Assembly (NCBI GenBank): GCA_003209795.1
Contig: QCPB01000002.1
Location: 44,324-108,323, forward strand
Length of the DNA: 64,000 nt
Direction of reading: 5' to 3'
Source of the DNA: Prochlorococcus sp. AG-436-C05
GTDB lineage: Bacteria; Cyanobacteriota; Cyanobacteriia; PCC-6307; Cyanobiaceae
The translations under genes and the position numbers were made by a program. The notes below the pieces were generated by a model that saw only the letters and a program-made list of their open reading frames with translations, ran no database searches and was not told the DNA's origin. Below, piece after piece: positions 10,369 to 21,818 of the stretch. Position 1 is the stretch's first letter. Each line of letters opens with the position of its first letter.

Positions 10369-10971
10369 TTAAATCTCTTCATTATTGAAAGAATTTAATT
10401 TACTTATAATATAATCTTCTTTTTTAGTATTCAGTTGTTCCAGTGATTCGATAACTTGATGATAAACTTTATCCAACATTATTTTTTCTGCTGAAGAAAT
10501 ATTACCTAATACATGAGAAATAGTATTGAGATTTTTAGTTTTTTTAATTGATTTAGGGGAGCCTATACCAACTCTTATTCTATTAAAATTTTGAGTTTGC
10601 AATTTTTCAATTATACTTTTAAGTCCATTATGCCCTCCTGAACTTCCTTTTTTTCTATATCTGATCTTCCCAAGAGGAAGATCTATATCATCAACTACTA
10701 TATAAAGTTGATCTAGATCAACTTTATACCAATCAACTATTGATTTTACAGCATCACCGCTGTGATTCATAAAGGTGTTAGGTAAAAATAATCTGTAGGT
10801 ACAATTATTTATCTTGAATTCTGAACACCAACTTTTAAGCTTATTCTTTAATGTAAAATTTGAATCATATTTGTTTGAAAGATTTTCAAGTAATAAAAAC
10901 CCAATATTATGTCTACTATTTACATAATCTTTACCAGGATTACCTAAACCAATTATGTATTTTTCTTTCAT
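10369..10971 (-). CDS. pth: Peptidyl-tRNA hydrolase (ATG 10971 preferred over the TTG at 10989)
   Basis: IGLGNPG, RHNIGF, TFMNHSG, DDIDLPLG, GGHNGLKSI. Confidence 0.95.
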   Translation of the reverse strand: MKEKYIIGLGNPGKDYVNSRHNIGFLLLENLSNKYDSNFTLKNKLKSWCSEFKINNCTYRLFLPNTFMNHSGDAVKSIVDWYKVDLDQLYIVVDDIDLPLGKIRYRKKGSSGGHNGLKSIIEKLQTQNFNRIRVGIGSPKSIKKTKNLNTISHVLGNISSAEKIMLDKVYHQVIESLEQLNTKKEDYIISKLNSFNNEEI

Positions 10972-11155
10972 GAAATTTCTAAACTTCAATAATTATTGAA
11001 AATTATAAAATAGGAAGATTCTGAATATTTCAATTTTTATTGAGTATAAAAAATATCGGCATATTAATTTGACTACTAAATATAAAAATTACTAATAATT
11101 ATCTAGCTATATTTACTAAATTATTAAAGAAATTTAATTATTCAGTTTTAAAAGC

Positions 11156-11356
11156 TTAATTACCGTTCCAATCTACAGAGAAACCCTGTAATAGTACAGA
11201 TTGATTGTAAATTTGGAGCATAATTACAAGGAAAACTAAAAGAAGTAAACCAATAATAGTCATAACAGGGGCAGCTCCCCACCCAGGAACAACTTTTCCT
11301 TGACCTGAATTTCCAATTGCTTTTAAAAGACTTCCTAAAGGAGTTTTTTGACCCAT
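11156..11356 (-). CDS. psbH: Photosystem II protein PsbH
   Basis: [12 protein letters not shown]...GKVVPGWG...MLQIYNQS. Confidence 0.95.
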   Translation of the reverse strand: MGQKTPLGSLLKAIGNSGQGKVVPGWGAAPVMTIIGLLLLVFLVIMLQIYNQSVLLQGFSVDWNGN

Positions 11357-11390
11357 GATGAATTCACTAAATCGAATATTATTTCGCTAT

Positions 11391-11408
11391 TGTATAAGAA
11401 CTTATACA
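11391..11408. promoter_or_regulatory. Perfect palindrome in the divergent psbH/psbN spacer (locus of the described psbNH RNA motif)
   Basis: TGTATAAG-AA-CTTATACA, 8-bp arms; nearby small stem CGAA-TATTAT-TTCG (11373-11386). Confidence 0.45.
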
Positions 11409-11436
11409 TAAATTGTTTACAAACTTAGCAAAATTG

Positions 11437-11589
11437 ATGCAAACTTTATCATCAGCTCCAGATCCAGCTATTTCCATGGCGGTAACAATTCTGGTAATTC
11501 TCTTGGCTTTAACAGGTTTTGGCCTCTGGACTGCGTTTGGACCTAAGGCTGCAAAACTTACAGATCCTTGGGATGAACATGATGATTAA
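11437..11589 (+). CDS. psbN: PsbN (50 aa; missing from the ORF track)
   Basis: MQTLSSAPDPAISMAVTILVILLALTGFGLWTAFGPKAAKLTDPWDEHDD*. Confidence 0.95.
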   Translation: MQTLSSAPDPAISMAVTILVILLALTGFGLWTAFGPKAAKLTDPWDEHDD

Positions 11590-11701
11590 TTTTTTGAATA
11601 AAAGTATTTCAAAATTTACCAAAAATACAAAAAGTAAACCTTTTAACATAAATTAAATATATCTTTAATAAGATATAAATCTGTCAGCACTAGTAATTTC
11701 C

Positions 11702-11830
11702 ATGCTTGCCCTTAAAATTTCTGTTTACACTATCGTCTTTTTCTTTATAGGAATCTTTCTTTTTGGATTTTTAGCAAGTGATCCAACTAGAACACCTAAT
11801 AGAAAAGATTTGGAGAGTCCTCAAGATTAA
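11702..11830 (+). CDS. psbI: Photosystem II protein PsbI (42 aa; missing from the ORF track)
   Basis: [42 protein letters not shown]. Confidence 0.95.
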   Translation: MLALKISVYTIVFFFIGIFLFGFLASDPTRTPNRKDLESPQD

Positions 11831-11848
11831 TTTTTAAATTTAATTACA

Positions 11849-13870
11849 TTGATTTCAGGAATTTCTAAAAAAGTCATATTACCCATTTTCGTGTTAATTA
11901 ACTTTATCCCTCTAGGGAAAACTTCTGATTTTAATAAAAATAATTATAGTAAAAATATCTTAATTAATCAGTTTATTGGTTATAAGCATTTTAATGATCT
12001 TAAATTAAGACCCTCTGACTATTTTGTTAGTAAAAACAAAATAAATTTTACGGAATATATAAAACAAGATTTAGATGTCAAAAATTTCTATCCTTCTTTT
12101 TTAGTTAGTTCTACTAAAAAAAAAGAAGAATTAATTATACAATCTGATATACAATCTGAAATAAATAATATATTGTCTGCTCAAGGCAATGTTTCTGTTT
12201 CCTATAAAGGAATATTTCTTAAAGCTGATAGCCTAATTTACGATAAGTTAAATAAAAGAATCAGTTCAAAAGGAAACATAGTTTTAATATTTGGTGACCA
12301 AATTTTTAAACTTTCACAATTAGAGTACAGTTTTATTAGTGAAAAAGGTTATTTATTAGATGTTAAAGGGGCCATAAATACTTCTACATTTATAGAGAAT
12401 TTATACTCAAATCTCAGCCTTTCAGATATTAATAAGTTAGGAAATTTATTGGATTTGGAAAAAAGTGAAGTATTAAATACTCCTGGAAAGGTTGAAAATT
12501 GGATTTTTTCTACAGATAAAATGACTATAGATGGAACAAAATGGATAACTAAAAAAGCAGTATTTAGTAATGATTTACTTGAATTAAAACAAGTTAAAAT
12601 AGTAATTAATTCATTAGAAGTTATTCCTAATGGAGAAAAAATAAGATTTAAGTCCTCGTTAAATTATCTAATTTTTGATGAAAAAGTTTCAATCCCTTTT
12701 TGGTTAGGAGATAGAACCGTAAATAAGTCGCGAGAATTCTTTGATTTTGATTTTGATAATAGATGGACCTTAGGATATGACAAGCTAGATAAGGATGGAT
12801 ATTTTATTGGAAGAAAATTTAATTCTATAGATATTTTTGATGATTTTGTTATTGATTTAGAGACACAATTTCTAATTCAGCGCTCATTTAAAGGTTATAC
12901 AAAAAGTTTTGTCAAGAAAGATGAATCAATAACTTCAGAAAAGGTTAAAAGAAATACAAGTTTTAATGATTATTTTGCTTTAAAATCCCAGATAAAAGGC
13001 CCAATAAATAATTGGGATTTAGAAATAGAAAAGAATATTAATTCTTTTGATTTAAATAAATTTTCTGATGCATTTAGATTAAAAACTTCTTTGACTAAAG
13101 AAATTAATTTTTTAAATTCAAAATGGGATAAAAGCTTTTATGGAGTTTACAGAGATAGAGTCTGGAATGGTTCATTGGGTGAGGCAGAAATTTATAGAGG
13201 TTTTGGTTCGAAATTAGAAAAAGAAAATATTTGGGAAGTTAAGGGTATTAAAAAGACAGAATTTTTGTCTTTAGGTATAGCGAATTTAACTGGAGAGGCT
13301 TTGAATACTAAAAATTTGGTAACTAGCCTGAAAGGCAACTTGTTTTATTCTCTTGATCAACAATTCCCAATTAGTGTTCAAGAACCTAAAAATAAATCTA
13401 TTGACACTTCATACAAATATATTGCTACCCCAATCACCAAAGGATTGAATCTTAGGACAAAATTAGAAGCATCATATTCTTTCTATGAAAATGGGGATCA
13501 TCAAGAATATTTAGGTTTAGGTTTAGGTCCAGAACTAATCTTCGGTGATTTTAAAAACAAAAATTTTGATTATACGCGCATTAGTATTTTCCCTTTTTAT
13601 AAATTTAAAAGTGGAGAAAGTGTTTTTAAATTTGACCAAAATTATGAGGAATTCACTTTAGATATTGCTTTTGATCAGCAGTTCTTTGGACCAGTTGTTC
13701 TTAAAAGTAATGGAACTTTAAATTTAACTAGTGATTCAGAGGATTATGGTGAATTTATCAATTCTAATATCTCATTAAATTGGAAAAAAAGATCCTATGA
13801 ATTTGGAATCTTTTATCAACCTCATAATCAATCAGGGGGGATTTCTTTTAGTCTATTTGGATTTGAATAG
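11849..13870 (+). CDS. DUF3769 / LptD(OstA)-like outer-membrane protein
   Basis: OstA-like IQSD..AQGNVSVSY..LKADSLIYD, GYDKLDKDGYFIGR, YRDRVWNGSLGE, aromatic beta-barrel-type C-terminus. Confidence 0.7.
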   Translation: MISGISKKVILPIFVLINFIPLGKTSDFNKNNYSKNILINQFIGYKHFNDLKLRPSDYFVSKNKINFTEYIKQDLDVKNFYPSFLVSSTKKKEELIIQSDIQSEINNILSAQGNVSVSYKGIFLKADSLIYDKLNKRISSKGNIVLIFGDQIFKLSQLEYSFISEKGYLLDVKGAINTSTFIENLYSNLSLSDINKLGNLLDLEKSEVLNTPGKVENWIFSTDKMTIDGTKWITKKAVFSNDLLELKQVKIVINSLEVIPNGEKIRFKSSLNYLIFDEKVSIPFWLGDRTVNKSREFFDFDFDNRWTLGYDKLDKDGYFIGRKFNSIDIFDDFVIDLETQFLIQRSFKGYTKSFVKKDESITSEKVKRNTSFNDYFALKSQIKGPINNWDLEIEKNINSFDLNKFSDAFRLKTSLTKEINFLNSKWDKSFYGVYRDRVWNGSLGEAEIYRGFGSKLEKENIWEVKGIKKTEFLSLGIANLTGEALNTKNLVTSLKGNLFYSLDQQFPISVQEPKNKSIDTSYKYIATPITKGLNLRTKLEASYSFYENGDHQEYLGLGLGPELIFGDFKNKNFDYTRISIFPFYKFKSGESVFKFDQNYEEFTLDIAFDQQFFGPVVLKSNGTLNLTSDSEDYGEFINSNISLNWKKRSYEFGIFYQPHNQSGGISFSLFGFE

Positions 13871-13880
13871 TTATAAGTAA

Positions 13881-14504
13881 TTAGAAGTAATTAGAAGTGA
13901 ATTTCAAATAGGGTAAATCATTAAATTTGTTGTCAATTAGATGTTCATTCTCAAGTAGTGTTGAAGTCGCATCCCATTCTCCTGATAAGAACATTTTTCT
14001 TGAACTCTGTTGAATATTAAGATTAAAAATTAAATCTTTTGATTTTCCGATGGAATTTTTAAGGTTAATCTCTAAGAAAAAAGTTTTATTATTGTTATAT
14101 TGTTGTATATCTTTTATTGATTTTTTAGGCAGCGTAAAACATGGGATTCCAATTGCAATACAATTACTATAAAAAATCTCAGCAAAACTTTCTCCAATTA
14201 TTGCCTTTATACCCCATCTCATAAGTGCTTGGGGAGCATGTTCCCTGCTTGAGCCACATCCAAAGTTGCTATTAACAATGAGAATTGAGGATCCTTTGTT
14301 TACCTCTAAATCAAAGGGATGCTTCCCATTCAAGGTTTTTCTATCGTCCTCAAAAACGGAATTGCCTAAGGAATCAAAATTAACGCACTTTAGGAAACGA
14401 GCAGGAATTATTCGATCAGTATCAATATCGTCTCCAATTAGTGAGATACATTTCCCCTGTATTTGTGTAATTTTTCCTATTGGTGCGGTGAATCCTGATT
14501 TCAT
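13881..14504 (-). CDS. leuD: 3-isopropylmalate dehydratase small subunit
   Basis: [38 protein letters not shown]. Confidence 0.96.
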   Translation of the reverse strand: MKSGFTAPIGKITQIQGKCISLIGDDIDTDRIIPARFLKCVNFDSLGNSVFEDDRKTLNGKHPFDLEVNKGSSILIVNSNFGCGSSREHAPQALMRWGIKAIIGESFAEIFYSNCIAIGIPCFTLPKKSIKDIQQYNNNKTFFLEINLKNSIGKSKDLIFNLNIQQSSRKMFLSGEWDATSTLLENEHLIDNKFNDLPYLKFTSNYF

Positions 14505-15910
14505 TTGTTGATAAATTCTCGAACGTCACTTACTTTGCCATTAATAGCAGCAGCAGCAACCATTGCTGGACTCATCAGAAGTGTCCTTCCGCTTGGTGAT
14601 CCTTGTCTTCCTTTGAAATTCCTGTTGCTGGAACTAGCACTTATTTGATTACCTATTAGTTTGTCGGAATTCATCGCTAAACACATTGAGCAACCTGGTT
14701 CTCTCCATTGAAAGCCAGAGTCTATAAATATTTTATCAAGGCCTTCTTTTTTTGCTTCTTTGGCAACTTTCTCTGATCCAGGGACTACAAATGCTTTTAC
14801 GTTTATAGATACTTTTTTATCTTTCAATACTTTAGCTGCAACTCTTAAGTCACTTATTCTACCGTTAGTGCAACTTCCTATAAAACAAACATCAATGGGA
14901 GTATCTTTAATTGATTGACCAGGCTCGAAACCCATATATTCATAAGCCTCCTCAGCAATAAACTGGTCATTTGGGTGTAACTCATTTAATAGAGGTATCT
15001 CTTGATTTATACCTACACTTTGACTAGGGGTAATTCCCCAGGTTACAGTTGGCTCAACTTTGGAAGCATCTAGGGTAATTACATCATCATAAATTGAATT
15101 TTCATCACTTTTTAATGATTGCCACCATTTAAGAGCTTTGTCCCAATTTTTATTTTTAGGAGCACATAATCTTTCTCTTATATATCTGAATGTTGTTTCA
15201 TCAGGATTTATGTAACCGCATCTAGCGCCTCCTTCAATAGACATATTGCATATTGTCATTCTTTCTTCCATTGATAATGCACTTATTGCGGGTCCGGCGA
15301 ATTCATAAGCAAAACCTACTCCAGCCTTTACTCCAAGTCGATTAATAATATGAAGTACTAAATCCTTAGCATAAACCCCATTTGGCAGTTTTTTTTCGCA
15401 CCAAATCTGCCTCACTTTAAGTTTGTTCATTGCTATGGTTTGACTCGCGAGGACATCTCTTACTTGGCTTGTGCCGATTCCAAAAGCAATTGCGCCAAAG
15501 GCTCCATGTGTTGATGTATGTGAATCTCCACAAGCGATTGTCATACCTGGCTGGGTTAGACCTAATTCCGGAGCGACTACATGAACTATTCCTTGATTAC
15601 CACTACCAATATTAAAAAATTTTATTTTGTTCTCGCTACAATTCCTTTCAAGTGTTTCAATCATTTTTTCTGCGAGATTATCTTGAAAAGGCCTGCTTTG
15701 ATTATCTGTAGGTACAATATGATCAACAGTAGCAACGGTTCTATTGGGAAATTTTACTTTTAAATTTTTGTCTCTTAAAGCACCGAATGCTTGTGGACTT
15801 GTAACTTCATGGATGAGGTGAAGACCAATAAAAATCTGATCAGAGCCTCCAGGAAGACTAGCAACCTTGTGTAAATCCCAAACTTTATCAAATAACGTAT
15901 TATGACTCAA
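14501..15910 (-). CDS. leuC: 3-isopropylmalate dehydratase large subunit
   Basis: [50 protein letters not shown]. Confidence 0.97.
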   Translation of the reverse strand: MSHNTLFDKVWDLHKVASLPGGSDQIFIGLHLIHEVTSPQAFGALRDKNLKVKFPNRTVATVDHIVPTDNQSRPFQDNLAEKMIETLERNCSENKIKFFNIGSGNQGIVHVVAPELGLTQPGMTIACGDSHTSTHGAFGAIAFGIGTSQVRDVLASQTIAMNKLKVRQIWCEKKLPNGVYAKDLVLHIINRLGVKAGVGFAYEFAGPAISALSMEERMTICNMSIEGGARCGYINPDETTFRYIRERLCAPKNKNWDKALKWWQSLKSDENSIYDDVITLDASKVEPTVTWGITPSQSVGINQEIPLLNELHPNDQFIAEEAYEYMGFEPGQSIKDTPIDVCFIGSCTNGRISDLRVAAKVLKDKKVSINVKAFVVPGSEKVAKEAKKEGLDKIFIDSGFQWREPGCSMCLAMNSDKLIGNQISASSSNRNFKGRQGSPSGRTLLMSPAMVAAAAINGKVSDVREFINK

Positions 15911-15922
15911 TTTGCAAAAAAG

Positions 15923-17224
15923 TTACGTACCCTTAGATAATAAGATTAATCTGAGACTGTTTAAACACACATTTACACTTAGTGTTTGAATATCCACTCT
16001 GTTTCTTGTTGAATTAAATATTTTCTTGATATTGGTAATATGATTTTTTGGCCCTGCAATTGAAATATATACTAAACCTACAGGTTTTTCTTGACTCCCT
16101 CCATTAGGACCAGCAATACCACTTATGGAGATTGCCCAATCAGCAGAAAGTTTTTCTTTTGCATTAATTGACATAGCTTCAGCAACCTCTTCAGAGACAG
16201 CGCCATAACTTTTAAGTTGATCTTCGGAAATATTTAATAATGACTTTTTTAGTGAATTACTATAGGAAATAATACTACCCTTAAATACTTCAGATGCTCC
16301 TGATATAGAGGTTATTGATGAGGATAGTAGGCCTCCTGTACAAGATTCTGCGAAAACAAGAGTTTCTTGTCTCTTTTTTAATTCCTTTATTACAATACTC
16401 GGTAAATTATCGTCATTTTCTCCAAAAATAAATTTTGGAAACTCTTCTTTTAATTTTTCTTTTACAGGTTTAATTATATTTTTCGCTTCCGATTCGTTTT
16501 TAGCTTTAGCGGTTATTCTGAGTTTAACTTCTCCTAAGTTTGCGTATGGAGCAACAGTGGGATTTTTAAGTTTTAACAAATTATCAACTTTTTCTGCAAT
16601 CGTAGATTCCCCAATGCCTGAAAATTTAAGAGTATTTGAGAAGAATACAAAACCATTTGAAAATTTGTTTTGAATAAATTCAAATGCCGTTTCTTTCCAC
16701 ATAGCTTTTAATTCACTTGGGACTCCAGGGAAAGTAAGAATAGTAAACCCTTTTATTGGTTCCCAAATCATTCCAGGAGCAGTACCTCGAGGGTTATTAA
16801 TTATTTGAGCATCTTTAGGGAAAAAACATTGCTTTCTTAAGCTAGAAGAATCATCCTTTGATTTTGAATTTGAAAGTTTTTGTTTTAATTGATCCCACAA
16901 ATATTCCCTTTCATAAAGAGAAAAATTAAAAGATTTAGCTATTGCTTCAGTAGTTAAGTCGTCTGGCGTAGGTCCTAAGCCACCTGTTGTAATAAGAAGA
17001 TTACTCCGTGAAGAGATTTCTCTAACTAAGCTACCTATCCTGTTGGAATTATCACCTACAGTTGATTGTCTGAAATGGTTCAGTCCTAGTAAAGATAACT
17101 GTTCAGAAATCCACTGAGCATTAGTATTTACAATATTACCTAATAGTAATTCTGTTCCAATAGAAAGAATTTCAACTCCGTTTCTATAAGAATTAGTTGA
17201 TTGATGGTTCAAGCTTGCCTTCAT
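15923..17224 (-). CDS. cinA: CinA-family protein (MoCF-like domain plus NMN deamidase PncC domain)
   Basis: [44 protein letters not shown]. Confidence 0.92.
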   Translation of the reverse strand: MKASLNHQSTNSYRNGVEILSIGTELLLGNIVNTNAQWISEQLSLLGLNHFRQSTVGDNSNRIGSLVREISSRSNLLITTGGLGPTPDDLTTEAIAKSFNFSLYEREYLWDQLKQKLSNSKSKDDSSSLRKQCFFPKDAQIINNPRGTAPGMIWEPIKGFTILTFPGVPSELKAMWKETAFEFIQNKFSNGFVFFSNTLKFSGIGESTIAEKVDNLLKLKNPTVAPYANLGEVKLRITAKAKNESEAKNIIKPVKEKLKEEFPKFIFGENDDNLPSIVIKELKKRQETLVFAESCTGGLLSSSITSISGASEVFKGSIISYSNSLKKSLLNISEDQLKSYGAVSEEVAEAMSINAKEKLSADWAISISGIAGPNGGSQEKPVGLVYISIAGPKNHITNIKKIFNSTRNRVDIQTLSVNVCLNSLRLILLSKGT

Positions 17225-18464
17225 AAAGAGGGAAACGACTGCATAAAGCTAAAACTCTTTCTTTGCATTTTTTTTCGACTGATAACTCATTTGGATTCAG
17301 TAATCTATCCGCAATAATATCCCCAACTTCAGTAAAGGCATCTTCACTAAATCCTCTGGTGGTTAATGCTGCAGTTCCTAATCTTAAACCACTTGTCACG
17401 AAGGGAGATTCTGGATCAAAGGGTACAGTATTTTTATTTGCTGTAATATTTACTTCACTTACAAGTAAGTCAGCGACTTTACCTGTCATATTGATGCTTC
17501 TCAAGTCAAGTAACACAATATGGTTATCTGTTCCTCCACTTACAATATCAATACCTCTATTAATTAAAGTCGAAGCTAGAACCTTCGAATTTTTTATAAC
17601 TTGTTTTGAATAATTAACGAAATTTGGATGTAAAGCTTCTCCAAACGCAACAGCTTTGGCAGCAATAATATGTTCTAAAGGACCACCCTGAGTTCCTGGG
17701 AAAACAGATTTATCGAATTTCTTTCCAAATTCTTTATCTTTACATAAAATAAGCCCTCCTCTTGGTCCTCTTAAAGTTTTATGAGTTGTTGTTGTAACTA
17801 CATCACAGTGAGGAATTGGATTAGGGTGAAGTTTACTTGCTACAAGTCCAGCTATGTGAGCAATATCAGCCATTAGAAAAGCTCCAACTTCATCAGCAAT
17901 TTCTCTGAATGATTCAAAGTCAATCGTTCTTGGATAAGCAGAATATCCACATATAATTAACTTTGGTTTTGTCGTTAATGCAATCTCCCTGATTTTATTA
18001 AAATTTAATTTTTGTGTTTTTTCATCAACTCCATAGTGAACCGCATTAAACCACTTTCCGCTCATATTTACTGGTGATCCATGGGTTAGATGTCCGCCAT
18101 GAGACAAATCCATGCCCAAGATAGTATCGCCAGGTTTGAGTAAACTTAAAAAAACAGCAGCATTTGCTTGTGCCCCACTATGAGGCTGAACATTAGCCCA
18201 GTCTGCATTAAATAGTTGTTTGGCTCTCTCAATAGCTAATTCTTCTATCTCATCAACAAATTCACAACCTCCGTAATATCTTTTTTGAGGAAGTCCTTCA
18301 GCATATTTATTAGTCAATACTGAACCTTGTGCCTGCATGACTGCAATTGATGCAAAATTCTCACTAGCTATTAGTTCTAGGTGAGTTTCTTGCCTATTTT
18401 TTTCAGAATTAATTAGATTAGATATTATTGGATCGCTTTCTACAAGATCTTGAAGGATATTCAT
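17193..18464 (-). CDS. glyA: Serine hydroxymethyltransferase
   Basis: [34 protein letters not shown] (PLP Lys). Confidence 0.98.
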   Translation of the reverse strand: MNILQDLVESDPIISNLINSEKNRQETHLELIASENFASIAVMQAQGSVLTNKYAEGLPQKRYYGGCEFVDEIEELAIERAKQLFNADWANVQPHSGAQANAAVFLSLLKPGDTILGMDLSHGGHLTHGSPVNMSGKWFNAVHYGVDEKTQKLNFNKIREIALTTKPKLIICGYSAYPRTIDFESFREIADEVGAFLMADIAHIAGLVASKLHPNPIPHCDVVTTTTHKTLRGPRGGLILCKDKEFGKKFDKSVFPGTQGGPLEHIIAAKAVAFGEALHPNFVNYSKQVIKNSKVLASTLINRGIDIVSGGTDNHIVLLDLRSINMTGKVADLLVSEVNITANKNTVPFDPESPFVTSGLRLGTAALTTRGFSEDAFTEVGDIIADRLLNPNELSVEKKCKERVLALCSRFPLYEGKLEPSIN

Positions 18465-18541
18465 TGAATTAGATAAGTCATAAATTAAATATAAACGATA
18501 TTTTTTAGAAAAATATAAAAAAAATGTTTCATAATTTAAAA

Positions 18542-18615
18542 CGCGCCTGGAGAGATTCGAACTCCCGACACCCTGATCCGTAGTCAGGTGCTCTAATCCA
18601 CTGAGCTACAGGCGC
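18542..18615 (-). tRNA. tRNA-Arg (ACG); CCA not encoded
   Basis: GCGCCTGTAGCTCAGTGGATTAGAGCACCTGACTACGGATCAGGGTGTCGGGAGTTCGAATCTCTCCAGGCGCG: 7-bp acceptor stem, TTCGAAT T-loop, ACG anticodon. Confidence 0.97.
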
Positions 18616-18704
18616 ATATTTATGTAATATCTCTTTTCCCGGGTCTTTTAGTCAACTAGATTTCAGGTAAAATATCTATTATTAACAATCTCAATTTTAT
18701 AATT

Positions 18705-18956
18705 ATGCCTATTAAATGGTACGGAAATGGTGATAAAGAAGATCCCACTTACAAACATTTTTCTCGAATAGTAAATTTTGTCATTCATTGCATGATATTT
18801 ACTGCCGTAATTAGTGGAACTTGGCTTCTCAAAGAAATTAAGTATGAGTTAGCTTTTTTTAATAACTTTGCAATTGTCTGGTCAGTTGTCCTAGGAACCC
18901 ATCTGCTTTTTGTATTTATAAAAAAACCTAAGGACCTAGAAAAGCAATCAAGCTGA
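18705..18956 (+). CDS. Small two-TM conserved hypothetical protein
   Basis: MPIKWYG..DPTYKHFSRIVNF plus two hydrophobic helices. Confidence 0.7.
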   Translation: MPIKWYGNGDKEDPTYKHFSRIVNFVIHCMIFTAVISGTWLLKEIKYELAFFNNFAIVWSVVLGTHLLFVFIKKPKDLEKQSS

Positions 18957-18963
18957 ATTTATT

Positions 18964-19254
18964 ATGGAAAATCAAATACTAATAAGTGATTTAGAAAATA
19001 TTATTTCAGAAAAGATTTTTATAAAAATAGAAAAGTGGAATCTATATCTTGGCGATGCTGGTTTAGCAAGAAATCTGGCTATTGAATGTATAAGCAATAT
19101 AAATCAAGGCCCTCTAGAAGCTGCAAAAATTAGCTTAAATTCGATAAAGGTTAAGGTTGGTGATGGGGATGAAAAAATCCCTTTATCCTCATTGGTCACT
19201 CATTCACAAATTTATGAATTAGAAGAAATTCTTCAAAACTCATTAGATAATTAA
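18964..19254 (+). CDS. DUF3181-family protein
   Basis: IFIKIEKWNLYLGDAGLA, VKVGDG..KIPL. Confidence 0.75.
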   Translation: MENQILISDLENIISEKIFIKIEKWNLYLGDAGLARNLAIECISNINQGPLEAAKISLNSIKVKVGDGDEKIPLSSLVTHSQIYELEEILQNSLDN

Positions 19255-20834
19255 TTTTTGTTTTCAAATAACTTGAAATTATTTAATTTTAAAAGTTTCG
19301 TGAGTAAAAAATAAATTATAAAAAAAGCTAAACTTCCAGTAATCAGAATAGATAACTCCAAGATATTATTGTTGAATTTCTTTATGTTGTTGAAAATCGA
19401 GAAACAAATTGAGCCAGTACCAGCAGATGATAAATAAATTAAGATAATTTTCTTTAATAAAGTTAATTTAGGTAAATTGATATTGTACTTTTGCAAATTT
19501 AGGGAAAGAAAAATACAAATAATAAAGTTTACTATTGCTGAAGACAAAATTATTCCAACAATTCCGAAATTAAAAGGTGAAATATTTCCAAAGTTTATAG
19601 TTGGTGCTCCTATTAAGAACCAATCAAAAAACATATTAAGTATTATGCCCCCCAATGACAATTGGAAAGGTAATTTTGTTTTTTCTAGTGAGTAGTAAGT
19701 CCTTACTAACAAATCCCTATAAAGATAAAAGGGAATTCCAACTGCATATGAAATTAATATATTCCTAACTTTTAAAACTGCTTCGTAATCAAAAGCACCT
19801 CTTTGAAAAAGTAATTCTACAATTTGATTATTATATGTAATAAAAAAACCAGTTAAAAAGATAGTTATTAAGAAACAGTATTCTATTGCTAATATTAATT
19901 TTTTTTCTAACTTCCTATTCTCTTGATTACTTCTTAATTTAGAAAATGTTGGAAGTATTGGTAAAATCAAAGAGTTTGATAAGATGCCAACCGGAGCTTG
20001 TATGAGAAAGTTTCCATAAGCTAATCCTGATGCTGCTCCTGGAAAGCCGGAAGCAAAAAACATATCAATAAATACATTAATTTGACCAAGCCCAGACGAA
20101 ATAGATGCAGGAATAATTAGATTAAAAATTCTCTTTTCTTCATTTCTTAATGAATACCAACTTGATTTTAAGCGTAATAAACCAATTTTATATATTTCCC
20201 ATATTTGAATAGAAAATTGTATAAAGGTCCCTGTTAAAGTTGCAAAAGAGAGTAATCCTATATCAGTAAGAAAATTTGAATTTTTATTTTGATAATTTAA
20301 AAACCAACTAATTAAAATAAAAATAATAGTAGTTAGGCTTGTTATTGCTGGGCTGAAACTGGATACGAAGAATTTATTTCTAGAATTAAGAGCTCCAAAA
20401 CTTAAACCTATGAAGCCAGATAAAGGGATGCAAGGAGTAAGTATTTTTAATTGATAGGTCGCAATAGATTGTCCTTCCTCACTTAAATTAGGGGCTATTA
20501 AATTGATAAGAAATCCTGCATTAAAATAAATTAAAAGACCTAAAACAAATAATAATAAAGTTAGCTTTATGCTTACTTGAGTTAGAACAATCCCCCCATC
20601 TTTTGCTTTAAGAGGAGTAATAACTGCAACAATTGCATTATGCAATGGACCATTAATACCACCAATAATTATTAGTAAAAAACCTGGAATTATATATGCA
20701 TAATTAAATGCATCGTATGTTATTCCAATACCAAAAGCAGCAGCTATTGTAACTTGTCTAATGCATCCTGCTAATTTGCTAATAGTGGTACCAAATGAAA
20801 TTGAAAAAATATTATTTTTAAAATACGATTTCAT
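19251..20834 (-). CDS. murJ: Lipid II flippase MurJ (MviN)
   Basis: Polytopic; AAAFGIG..YDAFNYAYIIPG, GGINGPLH, LFQRGAF. Confidence 0.92.
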   Translation of the reverse strand: MKSYFKNNIFSISFGTTISKLAGCIRQVTIAAAFGIGITYDAFNYAYIIPGFLLIIIGGINGPLHNAIVAVITPLKAKDGGIVLTQVSIKLTLLLFVLGLLIYFNAGFLINLIAPNLSEEGQSIATYQLKILTPCIPLSGFIGLSFGALNSRNKFFVSSFSPAITSLTTIIFILISWFLNYQNKNSNFLTDIGLLSFATLTGTFIQFSIQIWEIYKIGLLRLKSSWYSLRNEEKRIFNLIIPASISSGLGQINVFIDMFFASGFPGAASGLAYGNFLIQAPVGILSNSLILPILPTFSKLRSNQENRKLEKKLILAIEYCFLITIFLTGFFITYNNQIVELLFQRGAFDYEAVLKVRNILISYAVGIPFYLYRDLLVRTYYSLEKTKLPFQLSLGGIILNMFFDWFLIGAPTINFGNISPFNFGIVGIILSSAIVNFIICIFLSLNLQKYNINLPKLTLLKKIILIYLSSAGTGSICFSIFNNIKKFNNNILELSILITGSLAFFIIYFLLTKLLKLNNFKLFENKN

Positions 20835-20906
20835 TGGGTTTTATATAAAAATTTTTCAAGAGGATTAAGTTTCAATTATATTTGATTTTTAATTAACAAC
20901 ATATTT

Positions 20907-21653
20907 ATGAATGATCGGATAATTGAATTTGATCCATTAATTGAAGGAGTTTTAATTAAAAGATATAAAAGATTTCTTGCGGATGTTCAACTAGAGACTG
21001 GGCAAATAGTAACTGTCCATTGCGCTAATACAGGTCCAATGAAAGGCCTTTTAAACCAGGGATCAAAAGTAAGAATAAGTTTGTCCTCTTCTCCTAAAAG
21101 AAAATTACCTTATACTTGGGAGCAAATAAGAGTGTTAGACAAAAATAATCAATGGGTTTGGGTCGGTATAAATACTTTATTTGCAAACAAATTAATTAAA
21201 AAGGTCATCGAAAATAACTTGCTGAGAGAAAAGATAGGTGAAATAGAAGAAATTAAATCTGAGGTCCCTTATGGCAAGGATAAAAAAAGTAGGATCGACT
21301 TCCTTTTGAGTCCAAAATCTTCAAATCCTGATAAACGTAATATTTATGTAGAGGTCAAAAATACTACTTGGATCAAAGAAAATATATCTTTATTCCCAGA
21401 TACAGAAACGAAAAGAGGGCAAAAACATTTAGTAGAATTGAAAGCATTAATTCCAGAAAGTAAAAGTATTTTAATCCCTTGCATTACTAGAAAAGATGCA
21501 GATTTTTTTGCCCCTGGGGATGAAGCAGATCCCTTATATGGAAAGCTGTTTAGAGAATCGTTAAGCGTAGGAATGATTTTAATACCTTGTTGTTTTGAAT
21601 TCCATATAGACCATGTTTCATGGAATGGAATTAAACCTTTGAAATTGGATTAA
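20907..21653 (+). CDS. sfsA: Sugar fermentation stimulation protein A (PD-(D/E)xK nuclease fold)
   Basis: [45 protein letters not shown]. Confidence 0.93.
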   Translation: MNDRIIEFDPLIEGVLIKRYKRFLADVQLETGQIVTVHCANTGPMKGLLNQGSKVRISLSSSPKRKLPYTWEQIRVLDKNNQWVWVGINTLFANKLIKKVIENNLLREKIGEIEEIKSEVPYGKDKKSRIDFLLSPKSSNPDKRNIYVEVKNTTWIKENISLFPDTETKRGQKHLVELKALIPESKSILIPCITRKDADFFAPGDEADPLYGKLFRESLSVGMILIPCCFEFHIDHVSWNGIKPLKLD

Positions 21654-21722
21654 ACTTTATAAGTATTTAAAAAATTTTTTTTAAAGTTAAAAAATTTCTT
21701 TCAATATGCAACTGCAAAAAAG

Positions 21723-21736
21723 GTATCAATGAATAC
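21723..21736 (+). promoter_or_regulatory. NtcA binding site upstream of amt1
   Basis: Perfect GTA-N8-TAC (GTATCAATGAATAC) ending 82 bp before the amt1 ATG. Confidence 0.8.
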
Positions 21737-21818
21737 TAGACACTGTTAAGTTTTCTGAGCAAAATTATATATGAAAGGAAACAGTAAAACTGTTTTTCTG
21801 CAGATCTAATTATTTTTT

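Noticed and set aside
18465-18704. tRNA-Arg as an island integration site
   Set aside because: Flanked directly by glyA and conserved small genes; no att repeat or mobile gene seen.
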